Notes: generated by a model from the letters alone, not told the origin. DNA of 64,000 nt from Octopus sinensis (GCF_006345805.1 NC_043000.1:8122001-8186000), one strand, 5' to 3'. Positions 12,001-24,349 are shown, counted from the first letter of the stretch. Translations and numbers: made by a program.

Positions 12001-12884
12001 TTGTTCCAAAAATGAATTATTTTACGATCTGTCTTGCAGTTTCTAAATTCTTATGACGTCAACAATATACATATCTAAACAAACACGCATGCACACAAAC
12101 ACTCACACACACACACAGACACACACACACACACACATTTGTGTGTATATATATATGTATATATATATATATATGTATAAGGAACAGCTTTTCTGTTAGA
12201 TACATTTTATTGAATACAATATGTCTACAAATGGATTATTGATTAGTGGGAATCTCAAACACTTAATTTTCATATTGTGACTCGAGGGCTAGTCAACTTG
12301 ATGAAGTGTCTGTCTGTTTGTTTATCGCTCTTTCTCCCTCCCCCAATCTCTCTCTCTCTCTTTCCTCCCCCTTTCTCTGGGAAAATACCAACCGATGAAG
12401 TAAAAGCATAGTCTGAAACTATAAAAAAAAAAGAGAAAATTATGTGAATTAAGTAGTGTAAAGTAGTTGGCAACAGAACTGAGACAATGTAGAACTGAGA
12501 GGATCTTTCAGGCTTGTGGAGGACATGACAATCACTCTAGTATTGTTGATATGATAAAATGTATCCTGGACAATTTGTAAAGTCACTGGTGTTAGGAAGA
12601 GTGTCTATCCATAGAAACTATGTCAAAAATGGAACATGAGAGCAAGAATTGGTTGTCTGGCAGGGAACCTCCAAATAAGAACTGAGACGATGAAAACCCA
12701 TCTAATACATGCAGGCAAAGAAAGGGGATGTAAATAAAATAATGAAATAATGATGGATAAGTTGGAAGTACACTTGGAAATGTTAAGTAAAAGGCATATG
12801 CGAATTTCATAAGCAGACTGTTCCATTGATTAGATCAACTAGAACACAGGCCATAACTAATGAAATGCCAGTTAAATATACACA

Positions 12885-12971
12885 CAATCATACATACATT
12901 CAGGCATGCATACATACATACGTACATACATACATACATACATGCATGCATACATACATACATACACACAC

Positions 12972-13004
<33 letters not shown>

Positions 13005-13054
13005 CATACATACAAGCATATGTGCAATACATACATACATACATACACACACAT

Positions 13055-13089
<35 letters not shown>

Positions 13090-13125
13090 TACATATATAC
13101 ATACATACATACATACATACATACA

Positions 13126-13157
<32 letters not shown>

Positions 13158-13200
13158 AACAGACAGACAGTCAGACAGCCAGATAGATAGATGTATATAT
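12885..13200. repeat. (TACA)n/(CA)n microsatellite
   Basis: Direct reading. Confidence 0.95.
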
Positions 13201-13239
13201 GTGTGTGTGATTGAGTGTGTTTGAGTACATCTTGGTGTT

Positions 13240-13440
13240 GTGTGTGTCACCCACCCCTGCTTGACAACAATAGTTGTTTTGCTTTCACCCTTCTAACTTA
13301 GCAGGTTGGCAAAAGACACTGACAGAATAAGAATCAGAGTTAACAAATAAGTACTGGGACTGATTTATTCGACTAAACCCTTTAAGGTGATGCCCAGCGT
13401 GACTGCCATCCAATGACTAAAAACAAGTGACAGGTAAAAA
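13240..13440 (+). mobile_element. SINE family A, 3' half (diverged)
   Basis: cttgacaac...taacttagcag...gaataag...ttcgactaaacc. Confidence 0.7.
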
Positions 13441-13748
13441 TTTATGGTGCAGATAAGAAAAGAAAGAGCATCAACCATCACTTTTTCTCTTTTTTTTAAA
13501 GATTTGTGGGAGAAAGAGAGGAAGAAACTGGGTTTCAGGTTGGAATGGACTCTGCTTAAGACACTCAAAAACCAAGGTAGGGTTTTAAATTAAGCATTTA
13601 ATGTACACTGTATTAAATTAAGAGCTATTTATAGTTTCTTGCTGTAAAGACATGTGGTTAGGCAGGTTTTACTAATGTGCCTTGTGGCTCTCATCAATTT
13701 TCAGGCACTCACTACATTCTGATAATCTTACCTTAATAGAACAGTAAA

Positions 13749-13820
<72 letters not shown>

Positions 13821-14134
13821 TTAAATATGTATCTTTTATCAGCTATCTTTTATTTGTCTCAGTCATTGAACCGTGGCCATGTTGGAGCTACAAATAAGTA
13901 TATTATTCCAGAACAGGTATTATCTGTCAGATAAGCTTGAGTAAAGTTTCCACCATCTACCCAATTTCACAGTGAAGGTTTTGATACACCTGACGTTATA
14001 GCAAGCAAAAAAAAAACTTAACCAGGGTGTTCTGCAATTGGTTCAAACCTAGTACCATGTGACTGAAAACTGAACTTTGTAACCACACATGATTCTGCTC
14101 CTTCTTTGTGGCATATTCACAGGCTCTTTGTACT

Positions 14135-14364
14135 TTAACTCTTTCATTACCAACCCGGCTGAAACCGGCTCTGGCTCTTTAGTAGAGATGTCTTGTTTTC
14201 ATAAGTTTTGAATTAAAATCTTCCACCAAACCTTAGTCACAATTTATGTTCCTAACACTAGCTTAATGATAACTAAGTTATTTTACTAAATTCTTTGTTA
14301 TATTTAAAATTAATTGAAAGAAACACAGAGCATCTCAACAGAAATATGGTAACAAAAGGGGTTA
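14135..14364. mobile_element. MITE with TTAA-C(C/T)CTTT-type ends (piggyBac-like); related copies at ~25610-25862 and ~5850-6030
   Basis: Left end ttaactctttcattacc, right end ggtaacaaaaggggtta. The copy at 25.6-25.86 kb shares the end gaaatatggtaacaaaagggtt. Confidence 0.55.
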
Positions 14365-14793
14365 GCTGTTTCCAAATGTGGTTTCACTTTATCTTTTAGT
14401 ACTTTATTACTTCACATAATATTTTTGGCAGTTGACAACTATAGTTTTTCATTGGTTTATCTCTTTACATACTCTTTGTACCTGTCATTTGTAACTGTAA
14501 TTAATAACCCAGAGTCTGACAGATAGACACTTCACCAGGCTGATGTGCTCCCAAGCCACCACAAGGAAATAAAAACCTTTGGGATTCCCCCAACAACTCA
14601 TCAAACTTTACAGAATGATGAAATCTATCATGCCTGGATTCATTACACTTCATACCTTATATATGAAAACCAGTCTTGGAATTTACACCAAAACTTTTGA
14701 AATCTTACATTTTAAATTCTTCAATGCAATAATAGGAATCTTTAAAGTCTGGTGACCTTTTATACCCAGGAAATCTTTTGAAATACGTTGCCA

Positions 14794-15120
14794 CTTTTAC
14801 TCTTTTACTTGTTTCAGTCATTTGATTGTGGCCATGCTGGAGCACCACCTTTAGTCGAGCAAATCGACCCCAGGACTTATTCTTTGGAAGCCTCGTACTT
14901 ATTCTGTCAGTCTCTTTTGCTGAACCACTAAGTTACGGGGACATAAACACACCAGCATATATATACAATGGGCTTCTTTCAGTTTCCATCTACCAAATTC
15001 ACTCACAAGGCTTTGGTCAGCCCAAGGCTATAGTAGAAGACACTTGTCCAAGGTGCCATGCAGTGGGACTGAACTTGGAACCATGTGTCTGGTAAGCAAG
15101 CTACTTACCACACAGCCACG
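14794..15120 (-). mobile_element. SINE family A (central microsatellite largely absent)
   Basis: Reverse complement of 29986-30385. Confidence 0.85.
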
Positions 15121-16821
15121 ACAAGCTTTAATATATTGTGGGTGTTTAGATGACATACCATAGGTTTTTGCTTTAGATGATACATCATGATCTTTGAAAA
15201 TGTATCTCTCTACAATATAATTCTCTTTCATTTGTTCATTCATTTCATGCTTGTTATTCCCATGCTACCATTACCAGTATTCCATACAAGATTAAAGTGT
15301 CAGAATGCCAATGTTTGTTATCTTGGCAGCTGTGAGTCTGAGTCCCGTGGGCAGCCTTCGATTTCTCTATCCAAAAGGGTTTTTCAATGCAATGTCTGCA
15401 TGCTCTACAGCAGTGAGTTGCAAGAATTGTTAAGCACACCAGACAAAATGCTTGGCAGTGTTTCATCTGCCTTTGCTTTCTGAGTTGAAATTCTGCTGAG
15501 ATTGACTTTGCCTTTCTTCCTTTCGGGATTGATAAAAGTTGTACACCATGGGCACTTTTTTTTTTTTCACAAAAATTTTAACCATCTCATAATAATTCTG
15601 CTTGTTCCTTCGTTACTTAGCCCATCTGTAACGTGTCCACGTGATTAGTTGAAGGGGAAGGGGAGGGGGTGAAGAGGGGGGTAAGGAGGGGGAGGTGGTG
15701 AGTGAAATGTGTAATTTTTTAAAAGTAAGTTTTTTTTCTCTGTTACTTAGCCCGTCTATAATGTTTGCATGTGAATAGTTGAAGGGAAAGGTGAAGAGCA
15801 AAAGAAAAAAAGGAGAGAGGAAAAGAGGAGGGTAAGGCTGAGAGTGAGAGAGAAAGAGGGAGAGTGCTGTATATTAAGTCTACAAAGTTGTGCATAATGT
15901 ATATAAAGTGTACATATAAAGTGCATTAAGTAATCATCGTATTCTAATTTCCTTCACTTTTCAACAGTTAGCAGATGAGTGGTTATCTTTTGATACAAAC
16001 ACAACATAGGCTACACTTTCTGGTTTTTTGGATAAAGCTTTCAGAAATAACCTAACAAGCTTACCATTAATTCTGTAAAATATTCTCAGGTCCTGCTAGT
16101 AATTAATATTATTTTCCTTTTTCAAGTTTCATTTTTCTATGCTGGCATGGGTTGGATGGTTTGACAGGAGCTGATGAGCCAGAAGACTGCTCCAAGCTCC
16201 AATGTGTTCCTTGTCACGGTTTTTACTGCCCATCCTAATATCAAATGCTTGTTTTGTAGCACCAGCTCTAATGAGTTCCCCAAGTACTCACAAGACAAGG
16301 CACCTCAACTGAGAGGGGTATGAGTATAAAATGCAGAAAATGTGACAGTGAAGGGGCGGGAGCTCTACACTCAAGTTACAAAGTCCTGGGGTCAATTTGT
16401 TCAACTAAAACCCTTCAAATGACTGTAACAAGTAAAAGAATAAAAGAATAAATGAATATATATAAAAGTGAATTTGGAGGGATATATTATCCAGGCGGAT
16501 ACCGTATTAGCTCTCAGTCGAGTTCCAGTGAAGTTGAGGTCAACAGCACATACCTATAAATAACAATAATCCTACCTCCCACAGAACACTAACAAAACTT
16601 TACTTCAATCATTTCACTTCAAGGATGACCAAATGGATGGACTCTGATGACGCTGCACTGACAATATTGCAAGGTTGCATTGACAACAGTGAGTTATCGC
16701 TGAAGTGGAATCATGTGTAGGTCATTACAATATGCAGTATGCAACTATAAAATAAATTTTGTGGGTGTACAAGTCTCCATACTCTTTATTATTGATAATA
16801 TTTATATATGATATATATGTT

Positions 16822-17030
16822 CTTTTTAGTCTTTTATTCTTTTACTTGTTTCAGTCATTTGACTGTAGCCATGCTGGAGCACCACCTTTAGTCGAACAAT
16901 TGACTCCAGGACTTATTCTTTGTAAACCTAGTACTTATTCTATTGATGTCTTTTGCTGAACCGCTAAGTGAACATTGGTTGTCAAGCAATGGTGGAGGAA
17001 CAAACACAGACACAAATATCAAATACATGC

Positions 17031-17089
<59 letters not shown>

Positions 17090-17250
17090 TGACGGGCTTC
17101 TTTCAGTTTCCGCCTACCAAATCCACTTACAAGGCTTTGGTTGGCCTGAGGCTATAGTAGAAGACACTTACCCAAGTTGCCACACAGTGGAACTGAACCC
17201 AGAACCATGTGGTTGGGAAGCAAGTTTCTTACCACACTGTCACTCCTGTG
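16822..17250 (-). mobile_element. SINE family A with internal (TA)n
   Basis: Reverse complement of 37095-37531. Confidence 0.85.
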
Positions 17251-17548
17251 TATATGTATATGTACATATTCCTAGGTCTTATGTAGTTGTCTTTCTACAT
17301 GTGTGTGTGTGCATGCGTGCGCACAGTTTTTGCGCAGTTTCTGCCAACCAAATTTCTCTCAAGCCAACAAGGGTTTCTCAGCTGGAGCATGGGACATGGG
17401 TAGGAGCACACTTTCTGTTGGGTGCAACAAAGCAGGAAGTATATACTCAATTAAAATCACTTTTCAGACTAGAATTATCAACTTACGCTTAAAAATAACT
17501 TGTGTTTCTATTAAGCACACCAAGAACTTTAATCCACAGTATTACTAA

Positions 17549-17790
17549 TAGTTAGTTAGTTAGTTAGTTAATTTGGCTCAAAAGCAAATAGCAAGGCCAT
17601 GTAGGGGGACATGGAGTTAAGTACAGGGTGGTGTTCATGTAAAGAGTTCAGGCCACTTGAGGTCCAGGGAGGCTTTGAACAAAGCGGTCGTCGGCATCTT
17701 CACCATCTCGTCTGGCAGCTTGTTCCACGGATCCGCAACCCGGACGGAGAAAGCTCCTCTCCTTCGATTGAGATGAAATCGTCGCAGGTA
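17549..17790 (-). mobile_element. CR1-group LINE, 5'-truncated 3' end with (CTAA)n tail
   Basis: Minus strand encodes YLRRFHLNRRRGAFSVRVADPWNKLPDEMVKMPTTALFKASLDLKWPELF, with the CR1-type F..RV...WN.LP motif. Tail at 17549-17571. Confidence 0.8.
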
Positions 17791-18364
17791 AAATTGATTT
17801 TTGTTTCTTTAAATATGGAATTAATTTTGTTTCTTTAAATGGGATATTAATTTTGTTGGTGGATTGGGGATGCAAAACTCAATCAAATGTTTTCTAAGAG
17901 CTGCAGGGTAGTCTATTAAAAGTTTGGGAATTACTACACAATGTCATTCCTACTGGAACTGCTAGAAACAGCACTCAAACTCCCTTATCATTTAAAAACT
18001 CTCTCATGCTTCTGCTATCTGAAAATAAGTGAAAGTATCCATCCATCCATCCATCCGTCCATCCGTCCGTCCGTCCGTCTATCTATCTATCTATCTATCT
18101 ATCTAGGGCGTCCCTCAGGATGCCCCAAGACTGTTTCCACACATTTTCCCCATTCATCGCGATCTCCTATAATGGTCCTCAGCTTCTGTACCCCTTCCAT
18201 GCCAAGTGAAAGTAGACATTGGCTGATATAGTTCTATTCATATACAAAGATTAGATGGTGATGGTCATGGTTGATCTTCATTTTATTATAGTCCTGCTAT
18301 GTGTTCAAAACGGCCCTGGTGCTAAGCAACAACATCGTAATGCATGCATGGCCATGTTATAAGA

Positions 18365-18790
18365 ATGATGCAGGAGTGACTGTGAGGTAAGAAAGATTGC
18401 TTCCCAGCCACATGGTTTCAGGTTCAGTCCCACAGCATGGCACCTTGGCCAAGTGCCTTCTACAATAGCCTTGGGTCAACCAAGGCCTTGTGAGCAGACT
18501 TGATAGATGGAAATTGAAAGAAGCCTTTGACTTTATGTGATTGCAATAAAAGAGGAATCCCCAACATGCAAGCAGTGTTCTTTGTTTACAATCTTCTGTG
18601 AAAACACATCTGGTCATGGGGAAATGGAATCTTACTTGGAAACAGATCAGGGTTGGCAACAAGAAGGGTCTCTGACTGTAGAAGATCTGCCTTAACAAAT
18701 TCCATCTGACCCATGTGAACATGGAAAAGTGGATGTTAAAATGATGATGATGATGATGAAGGTGATGATGATGAGGATGAAGATGATGGT
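18365..18790 (+). mobile_element. SINE with family-A head and RTE-like tail ending in (GAT)n
   Basis: Head gcaggagtgactgtgaggtaag...ggttcagtccc...cttggccaagtg. The tail is shared with 4270-4600. Confidence 0.75.
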
Positions 18791-18831
18791 GATGAAGATG
18801 ATTACCATCAACATGAGCAACAACAACAACA

Positions 18832-19205
18832 GTGGAGGTGCAATGGCCCAATGGTTAGGACAGTGGACTCACAGTCGGAGGATCGTGGTTTCATTTCCCA
18901 GACCGGGTGTTGTGTGTGTTTATTGAGTGAAAACACCTAAAGCTCCACGAGGCTCTGGCAGGGGGTGGTGGTGACCCCTATTGTACTCTTTCGCTCCAAC
19001 TTTCTCTCACTCTTTCTTCCTGTTTCTTGTCCCCGACGTCCTACGCAACTGCTGAGCCTGGATGCACATTCATCCATCTGTCAATGCTCTCGGTGTCGAG
19101 GGTTGACCTGCTTTCGCTTCTGTGGGTCTTACGAATAGCAAAGGACCACGTTTTAGACTTCTCCTGAAGTCTTGCGAGCTCTAGGACGAAGACCGCTTTG
19201 CTCAA
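18832..19205 (+). mobile_element. tRNA-headed SINE family D with tail type 1 and a (CAA)n end
   Basis: A-box-like TGGCCCAATGG and B-box-like GGTTTCATTTCC. The 5' ~190 bp are shared with 21645. Confidence 0.75.
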
Positions 19206-19597
19206 CAAACAAACAAACAGCAACAACAATAGTAACAACAACAACAGCAGCAATAACATAAACAAAATTGATAACAATGGTAATAACAACAACAAACAGC
19301 AACAACAAAAATTTCATGTCAACAGGATTGGTCAACTAGAAGCAGAGTTGAAGACATTTACCTAATTGTGCTGTAGAGTGGGATTGAACCCGGAACCAGG
19401 TGACTGCGAATCGAACACTTTAATCACATTGTTACCAAGATTACTAGTAATTACATTGTTTTCTTTACCATGTGATTTATTTATTTATTTGCTTATTTGC
19501 TTGTTACTCTGTTGCCATGGTGATGTAGTCAAACATATTTGAACCATGTGTTCCTTGCTATTTGTTACATCCACTGGGAAAAAACATTTTTGTCAGC

Positions 19598-20186
19598 CAT
19601 CACCAACACCACCAACACCACCACCACCACCACCTCCACTACCACCACCACCACCACCACCAATGCCACCACCAACACCAACACCGATACCAATTCCACT
19701 GCTATTACTACCACCGTCACTACCATCACTGCAATGTTCATAGCATAACTGCTTCAACTATGTCAAAACATCTTGATTACTTAATACAACTACACCAGTC
19801 ATGAATAGTAGGTGGTGGTGGAGGGTGTGGTGGAGGTGGTGGTGGTGGTGGTGGTTTAGGTGGTGGAGGGTGTGGTTGTGGTCGAGTGGGGTTTGTGGAG
19901 AGTGCTGCTTGTGAATGAAAGATTTGTGGCAGATCACATTTACCTTACCTCTCCTTCATGTCTTACACACACACACACACACGTACACACACATACATAT
20001 ACATGCACGTACACACACATACAGCCGCATATACATGCACGTACACACACACATGCAAACTAATATATATATATAGACATATACATATGCATACACAAAT
20101 GCATCCCTACAATTCTGCACACCTCCTCCCCTCCTTCTTCTTCTTCTTCTTCCCCTTCTTCTTCTTCCCCTTCTTCTTCTTCCTCT

Positions 20187-20218
<32 letters not shown>

Positions 20219-20545
20219 TCTTCTTCTTCTTCCTCTTCTTCCTCTTCTCCTTCTTCTTCTCCTCTTCCTCCCCTCCTATGCTTTCAACACCACTGCCACT
20301 ACTTCCACCACCACTACCCACTACCAACATTGCCACTACCACCACCATTATCATCAACATCAGCAACATAATCCCCCACCCCAAATCATCATAATCGTTA
20401 TCATCATCATCATCATCATCAACATCAACATCACTGCTGCTTTGCCACCACCGCCATCACCACCGCCATCACCACCGCCATCACCACCGCCACCACCACC
20501 GCCACCACCACCACCATCATCATCGTCGTCGTCCTCACCAAGCAC
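19598..20545. repeat. Compound triplet/dinucleotide microsatellite block: (CAC)n, (GGT)n, (CA)n, (TTC)n, (CAT)n
   Basis: Direct reading. Confidence 0.9.
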
Positions 20546-21184
20546 TTTGTTCTTCTTATCAGGCATCATCCTTCTTCATCTTCTTCTCCCTCTCCAGTTC
20601 CCCCCAAAGAAGTTTCATTTTTTGTTTATTTTTTTTTATCCCCCCACCCCCACCCGACATATTAACATTAGTAATCATGATAATCTCTAACAAAATAACA
20701 CAAAACAAAACAAAACAAGAAATTCCTATTGAAATAGGCAGCATATCGCCATGAATTACAACTGCTTCTCTGGGTACAGATTTCCAGGCACAAAAATGTG
20801 GGCACAGTTTGCATTTTTTTCTTTCTCCCACTCAACCCCTCTCAATTTATCCCGCTTTTTTTTCTTTTCCATTAAGGGCGTAGCTTTTTGAAAAACAGCC
20901 CTTAACCTTCAAATAGGTTGGTAAAGAAAATATTTTCTTTGCATTATGCAAGGTGAAGTATATGTTCATATATAATAAAAAATATATATTCACACACACA
21001 CATACATTTACATATAAGGATATACATATATCCATATATACATACACATACATATACATATATATAAATAAATATATATATATATATGTATGTATGTATG
21101 TGTATATATATATATATACATACTTACATATATCATCATCATAATCATCATTTAACGTCACTCTTCCATGTTAGTATGGGTGTG

Positions 21185-21215
<31 letters not shown>

Positions 21216-21374
21216 GTATGTATTCATGCATGCATGTATGTATGTATGTATATGTATGCGTGTGTGTATGTATATATATATATATGAACACACACACATA
21301 CATATTTATATATGCATGTACGTAAATATACATTGGAGACTTTTGAGTAGAATTTGAACTGAGAGTGCAGAGAT

Positions 21375-21625
21375 CTGGCATTCTCCCTAGCAATATAATG
21401 ACTTTGCCATGGCAGGGATCTGGCAGAATTCTTAGCACACAGGGAAAAATGCTTAGCAGCATTTCATCCAACTTTACATTATGAGATCAAATTTTGCCAA
21501 GGTCGACTTTGCATTTCATCCATTCAAGATTGATAAAATAAATACCAGTTCAGCACCGGAGTTGATGTAATCGGCTTATTCACCCCTGCCCCCTGCTGAA
21601 CTTGCTGGTCTAGTACCAAAATTTG
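21375..21625 (+). mobile_element. SINE family B (diverged); a further copy at ~21972-22170
   Basis: ctggcagaatt...aaatgcttagc...aggtcgactttgc...gatgtaatcggctta. Confidence 0.7.
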
Positions 21626-21644
21626 AAAGCTATATAATGACTAT

Positions 21645-21940
21645 GGGAGGTGCAATCGCCCAGTGGTTAGGGCAGTGGACTCGCAGTTGGAGGATCACGG
21701 TTTCGATTTCCAGATTGGGCGTTGTGTGTGTTTATTGAGTGAAAACACCTTAAAAAAAGCAGCAGGGGGTGGTGATGACCCCTGTTGTACTCTTTCACAA
21801 CAACTTGCCCTCACTCTCTCTTCCTGTTTCTTGAGTAACGCTGCGATGGACTGGCATCCCGTCCAGCTGGGGGGAACACATACACCACAGAAACCGGGAA
21901 ACCAGGCCCATGAGCCTGGCTAGGCTTGAAAAAGGTGACA
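21645..21940 (+). mobile_element. tRNA-headed SINE family D with tail type 2
   Basis: Head as at 18832. Tail gagtaacgctgcgatggactggcatcccgtccagctgggg...ggctaggctt as at 26601-26848. Confidence 0.75.
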
Positions 21941-22292
21941 TTTATTGTTATATAATGACTATACTATGGGCAGAAAGCTGGCAGAATTGTTAATGTGCAG
22001 GGCAAAATGCTTAGTGGCATTTCATCTTTCTTTATGTTCTGAGTTCAAATTTTACTGAGGTCCACTTTTTTTTTTTTTATCTTTTTGGGTTCAATAAAAT
22101 ACGTAACAGTTGAACTCAGGGGTCGATGTAATTGGCTTAACCCTACCCTGAACTTGTGCTATAATTTGAAATCGATATAATAACTTTGCCAATTCATCGT
22201 CTTATATATATTTGGATGTAGGCATTGCTAGAAAGTAAAAAAGTTCAATTTAAAACCAGTATGCACCACAGTACTAGGTTTTATATATATAT

Positions 22293-22498
22293 ATCAAAAT
22301 AAGCAACAAGGATATCCAGAGGTAATGCAGTACGATCGTTTCATGCAACACCATTTAATTGAACAATGCAATCATTTCATTACATCAATTTAAAATGTAA
22401 AATTTATGTAATGAAATGATTGCATTGTTCAATTAAATGAAGTTGCATGAAACGATCGTACTGCATTACCTCTGGATATCCTTGTTGCTTATTTTGAT
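22293..22498. repeat. Near-perfect palindrome: 93-bp arms, 20-bp spacer
   Basis: 22293-22385 vs the reverse complement of 22406-22498, 2 mismatches. Confidence 0.95.
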
Positions 22499-22611
22499 TT
22501 TAATCACCTTACTTTGAAATTGAATGGATAATACCATACTAAATTCTGGTGCCTCAACTTAAGTACCATATTCATCTGAATCTAAATGTTTTACTGTATA
22601 TATATGTGTGT

Positions 22612-22880
22612 GTGTGTGTGGTGGTTGTCTACTCCTTATGCAGAGATTGACCACCTCCTGTACCGACACCTTAGAACCATCATGGCATCTGATGTGGGTT
22701 TTTTTAAACCAGACAATGTTTTGAAAAGACACCCATATAGATTGTATATCCCATTTGGACCACCAAGAGCTGCATTTATGTTCTGATCTTTGTGGATCTT
22801 AACATGTCTTTTGAAGCCTCTGTTAGATTTGCCGACCTTCAGGCATACATTGCATTGAAAGGTGTGCACAAACATATAGG
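22612..22880 (-). mobile_element. Probable RTE LINE 3' end with a C2H2-like zinc finger
   Basis: CNVCLKVGKSNRGFKRHVKIH (22792-22854), a decayed second finger (YNLYGCLFKTLSGLK), and a 3' end ...gagtagacaaccaccac-(AC)n. Confidence 0.55.
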
Positions 22881-22950
22881 CAGAATAGTTGGTGGGGGGG
22901 GGGGCGTTTTCCATGGGTTTGCAAATGAGATGTGTTTATCAGTGTGTGAG

Positions 22951-23250
22951 TGAAAGAGTGGTGATAAATAAGCACTGAAAGAATATAGGGAATGGTCAAA
23001 ACAAGATTCTTGATTGGGGGTGGAGTTGGGAGGTAGTGGGGTGTTAAAGGAATGTTTTATGAAGCCATTTGAATAGTTGACCTTTGGTAAGAAATATTTG
23101 GAAAAACATCTCACCAAAGGTCAACTATTCAAATGGCTTCATAAAACATTCCTTTAACATTCAACCACCTCTCAACTTCACCCCCAATCAAGTATCTTGT
23201 TTTGACCATTCATTATTTTCTTTCAGCACTTATTCATTAACACTCTTTCA
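22951..23250. repeat. 300-bp foldback: perfect 47-bp inner arms, diverged outer arms, 24-nt loop
   Basis: 23042-23088 is the exact reverse complement of 23113-23159. The outer arms are about 85% identical by eye. Confidence 0.9.
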
Positions 23251-23525
23251 TTCCCAAATTAATTAATAAACCCCAGTCCCAACCCAAACATACCCAAATC
23301 CCATATATAGAATCACAAAACCCCAAACCCTCAGATCTGTTTTTCTCCACAAAAGTTAACAATGAATGTTTTTGAAAAATCTCACCATCCAAGCTAATAA
23401 AGATCTAACTAGATCTACAAACTAAAGTGTAAAATTTATATTACTAAAAAATTAAAAAATAATAAATTAAACTGATCAGAACTACCAGTGAAGTCATTCT
23501 TTTTCTTTTTTAATATATATATATA

Positions 23526-23940
23526 TATTAATAGTTATCACCAAGCTAACATGGCAGTCCAGGAAAATAGGACAAATGCTGCCATTGATTAGCTCCAAGA
23601 GGACATCGCCTCTAGCTAGCTATGTGACACATAACCTGTGTCCATTATAACCTTCAAACAGGGGAGGTCAGCATCTTCCCCTTGCTGGTTTGACATCCAC
23701 AGACTAGTTTCGGGGTAGTTGCCCCTTATCAATGTGGAGTAGCCAAACCCAGCAGGCATTACTGCAGACCATCTGTCCGAAGGTTTATTTACCTAAATTC
23801 AGTGGAATACATCCACTGGTTTTCAAAAGTAGAAATATTAATATTTCTAAATCTCTTTAAAAGAGACCACAGCAGCGGTACTGGCTATCAATAGTTATCG
23901 CCAAGCTAACATGGCAGTCCAGGAAAATAAGACAAATGCT
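23526..23940 (-). mobile_element. Retrozyme/pLTR-like unit 1: 360-bp period with 55-bp terminal direct repeats
   Basis: 23526-23580 repeated at 23886-23940 (3 mismatches). TA-rich flanks. Contains the hammerhead at 23696-23738. Confidence 0.75.
23696..23738 (-). ncRNA. Minimal type I hammerhead ribozyme (U3-A8 variant, palindromic stem III)
   Basis: 5'-UCCACA UUGAUAA GGGG caacua CCCC GAA ACUAGU C UGUGGA-3'. Stem I 6 bp, stem II 4 bp, intact GAAA, GUC cleavage triplet, ACUAGU palindrome. Confidence 0.75.
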
Positions 23941-23952
23941 ATATTATATATA

Positions 23953-24349
23953 TAGCTATATTAAATCTCTGAGTAAGAGGTAAACAGTAACAGCACAGAA
24001 TCGTAAAATATATTTGCCAACTATATGTGGTGATCCGATAGAGGACAATGTTATCGTTGCTTTTAGCCTCAGGAAGACATCTTCTCCAGCTGGCTAACGA
24101 TACACTGTCTGTGTCCGATTAGTATTTGCAAGGGGAGTTCATTGCTCTGATCTCTAGCCTTACATCATACACACAGACCCGGATGTTTGGGTAGTTACCC
24201 ATCTTCAGCATGTGATAATAACCAGCTAGTAATGAAAACTCATTCCACTTGCAAAATACTATATGCTTTTTCCAGCAACAAGCTGTTGCTGATCTCGAAA
24301 AGGGAGAAACTAGCTATATTAAATCTCTGAGCAAGAGATAAATAGTAAC
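23953..24349 (-). mobile_element. Retrozyme/pLTR-like unit 2: 358-bp period with 39-bp terminal direct repeats; hammerhead lacking G12
   Basis: 23953-23991 repeated at 24311-24349 (3 mismatches). 24170-24214 (-) reads CACAUG CUGAAGA U GGGU aacu ACCC AAAC auccgg GUC UGUGUG. Homologous to unit 1. Confidence 0.7.

Noticed and set aside
16640-16720. CTGATGA hammerhead core
   Set aside because: No GAAA-stem III-NUH and no stem I complement found downstream.
19150-19195. CTGAAG-TC...GAC-GAAG hammerhead-like motif in a SINE tail
   Set aside because: Core incomplete, A15.1 absent and no stem I.
19539-20690. Poly-Pro/His/Thr/Arg/Ser ORFs here and at 32.4, 48.3-49.5 and 63.5 kb
   Set aside because: Triplet-repeat translations with no splice or homology support.
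22792-22854. Host C2H2 zinc-finger gene exon
   Set aside because: The second finger is decayed and is followed by an RTE-style 3' end and (AC)n; better explained as a LINE remnant.
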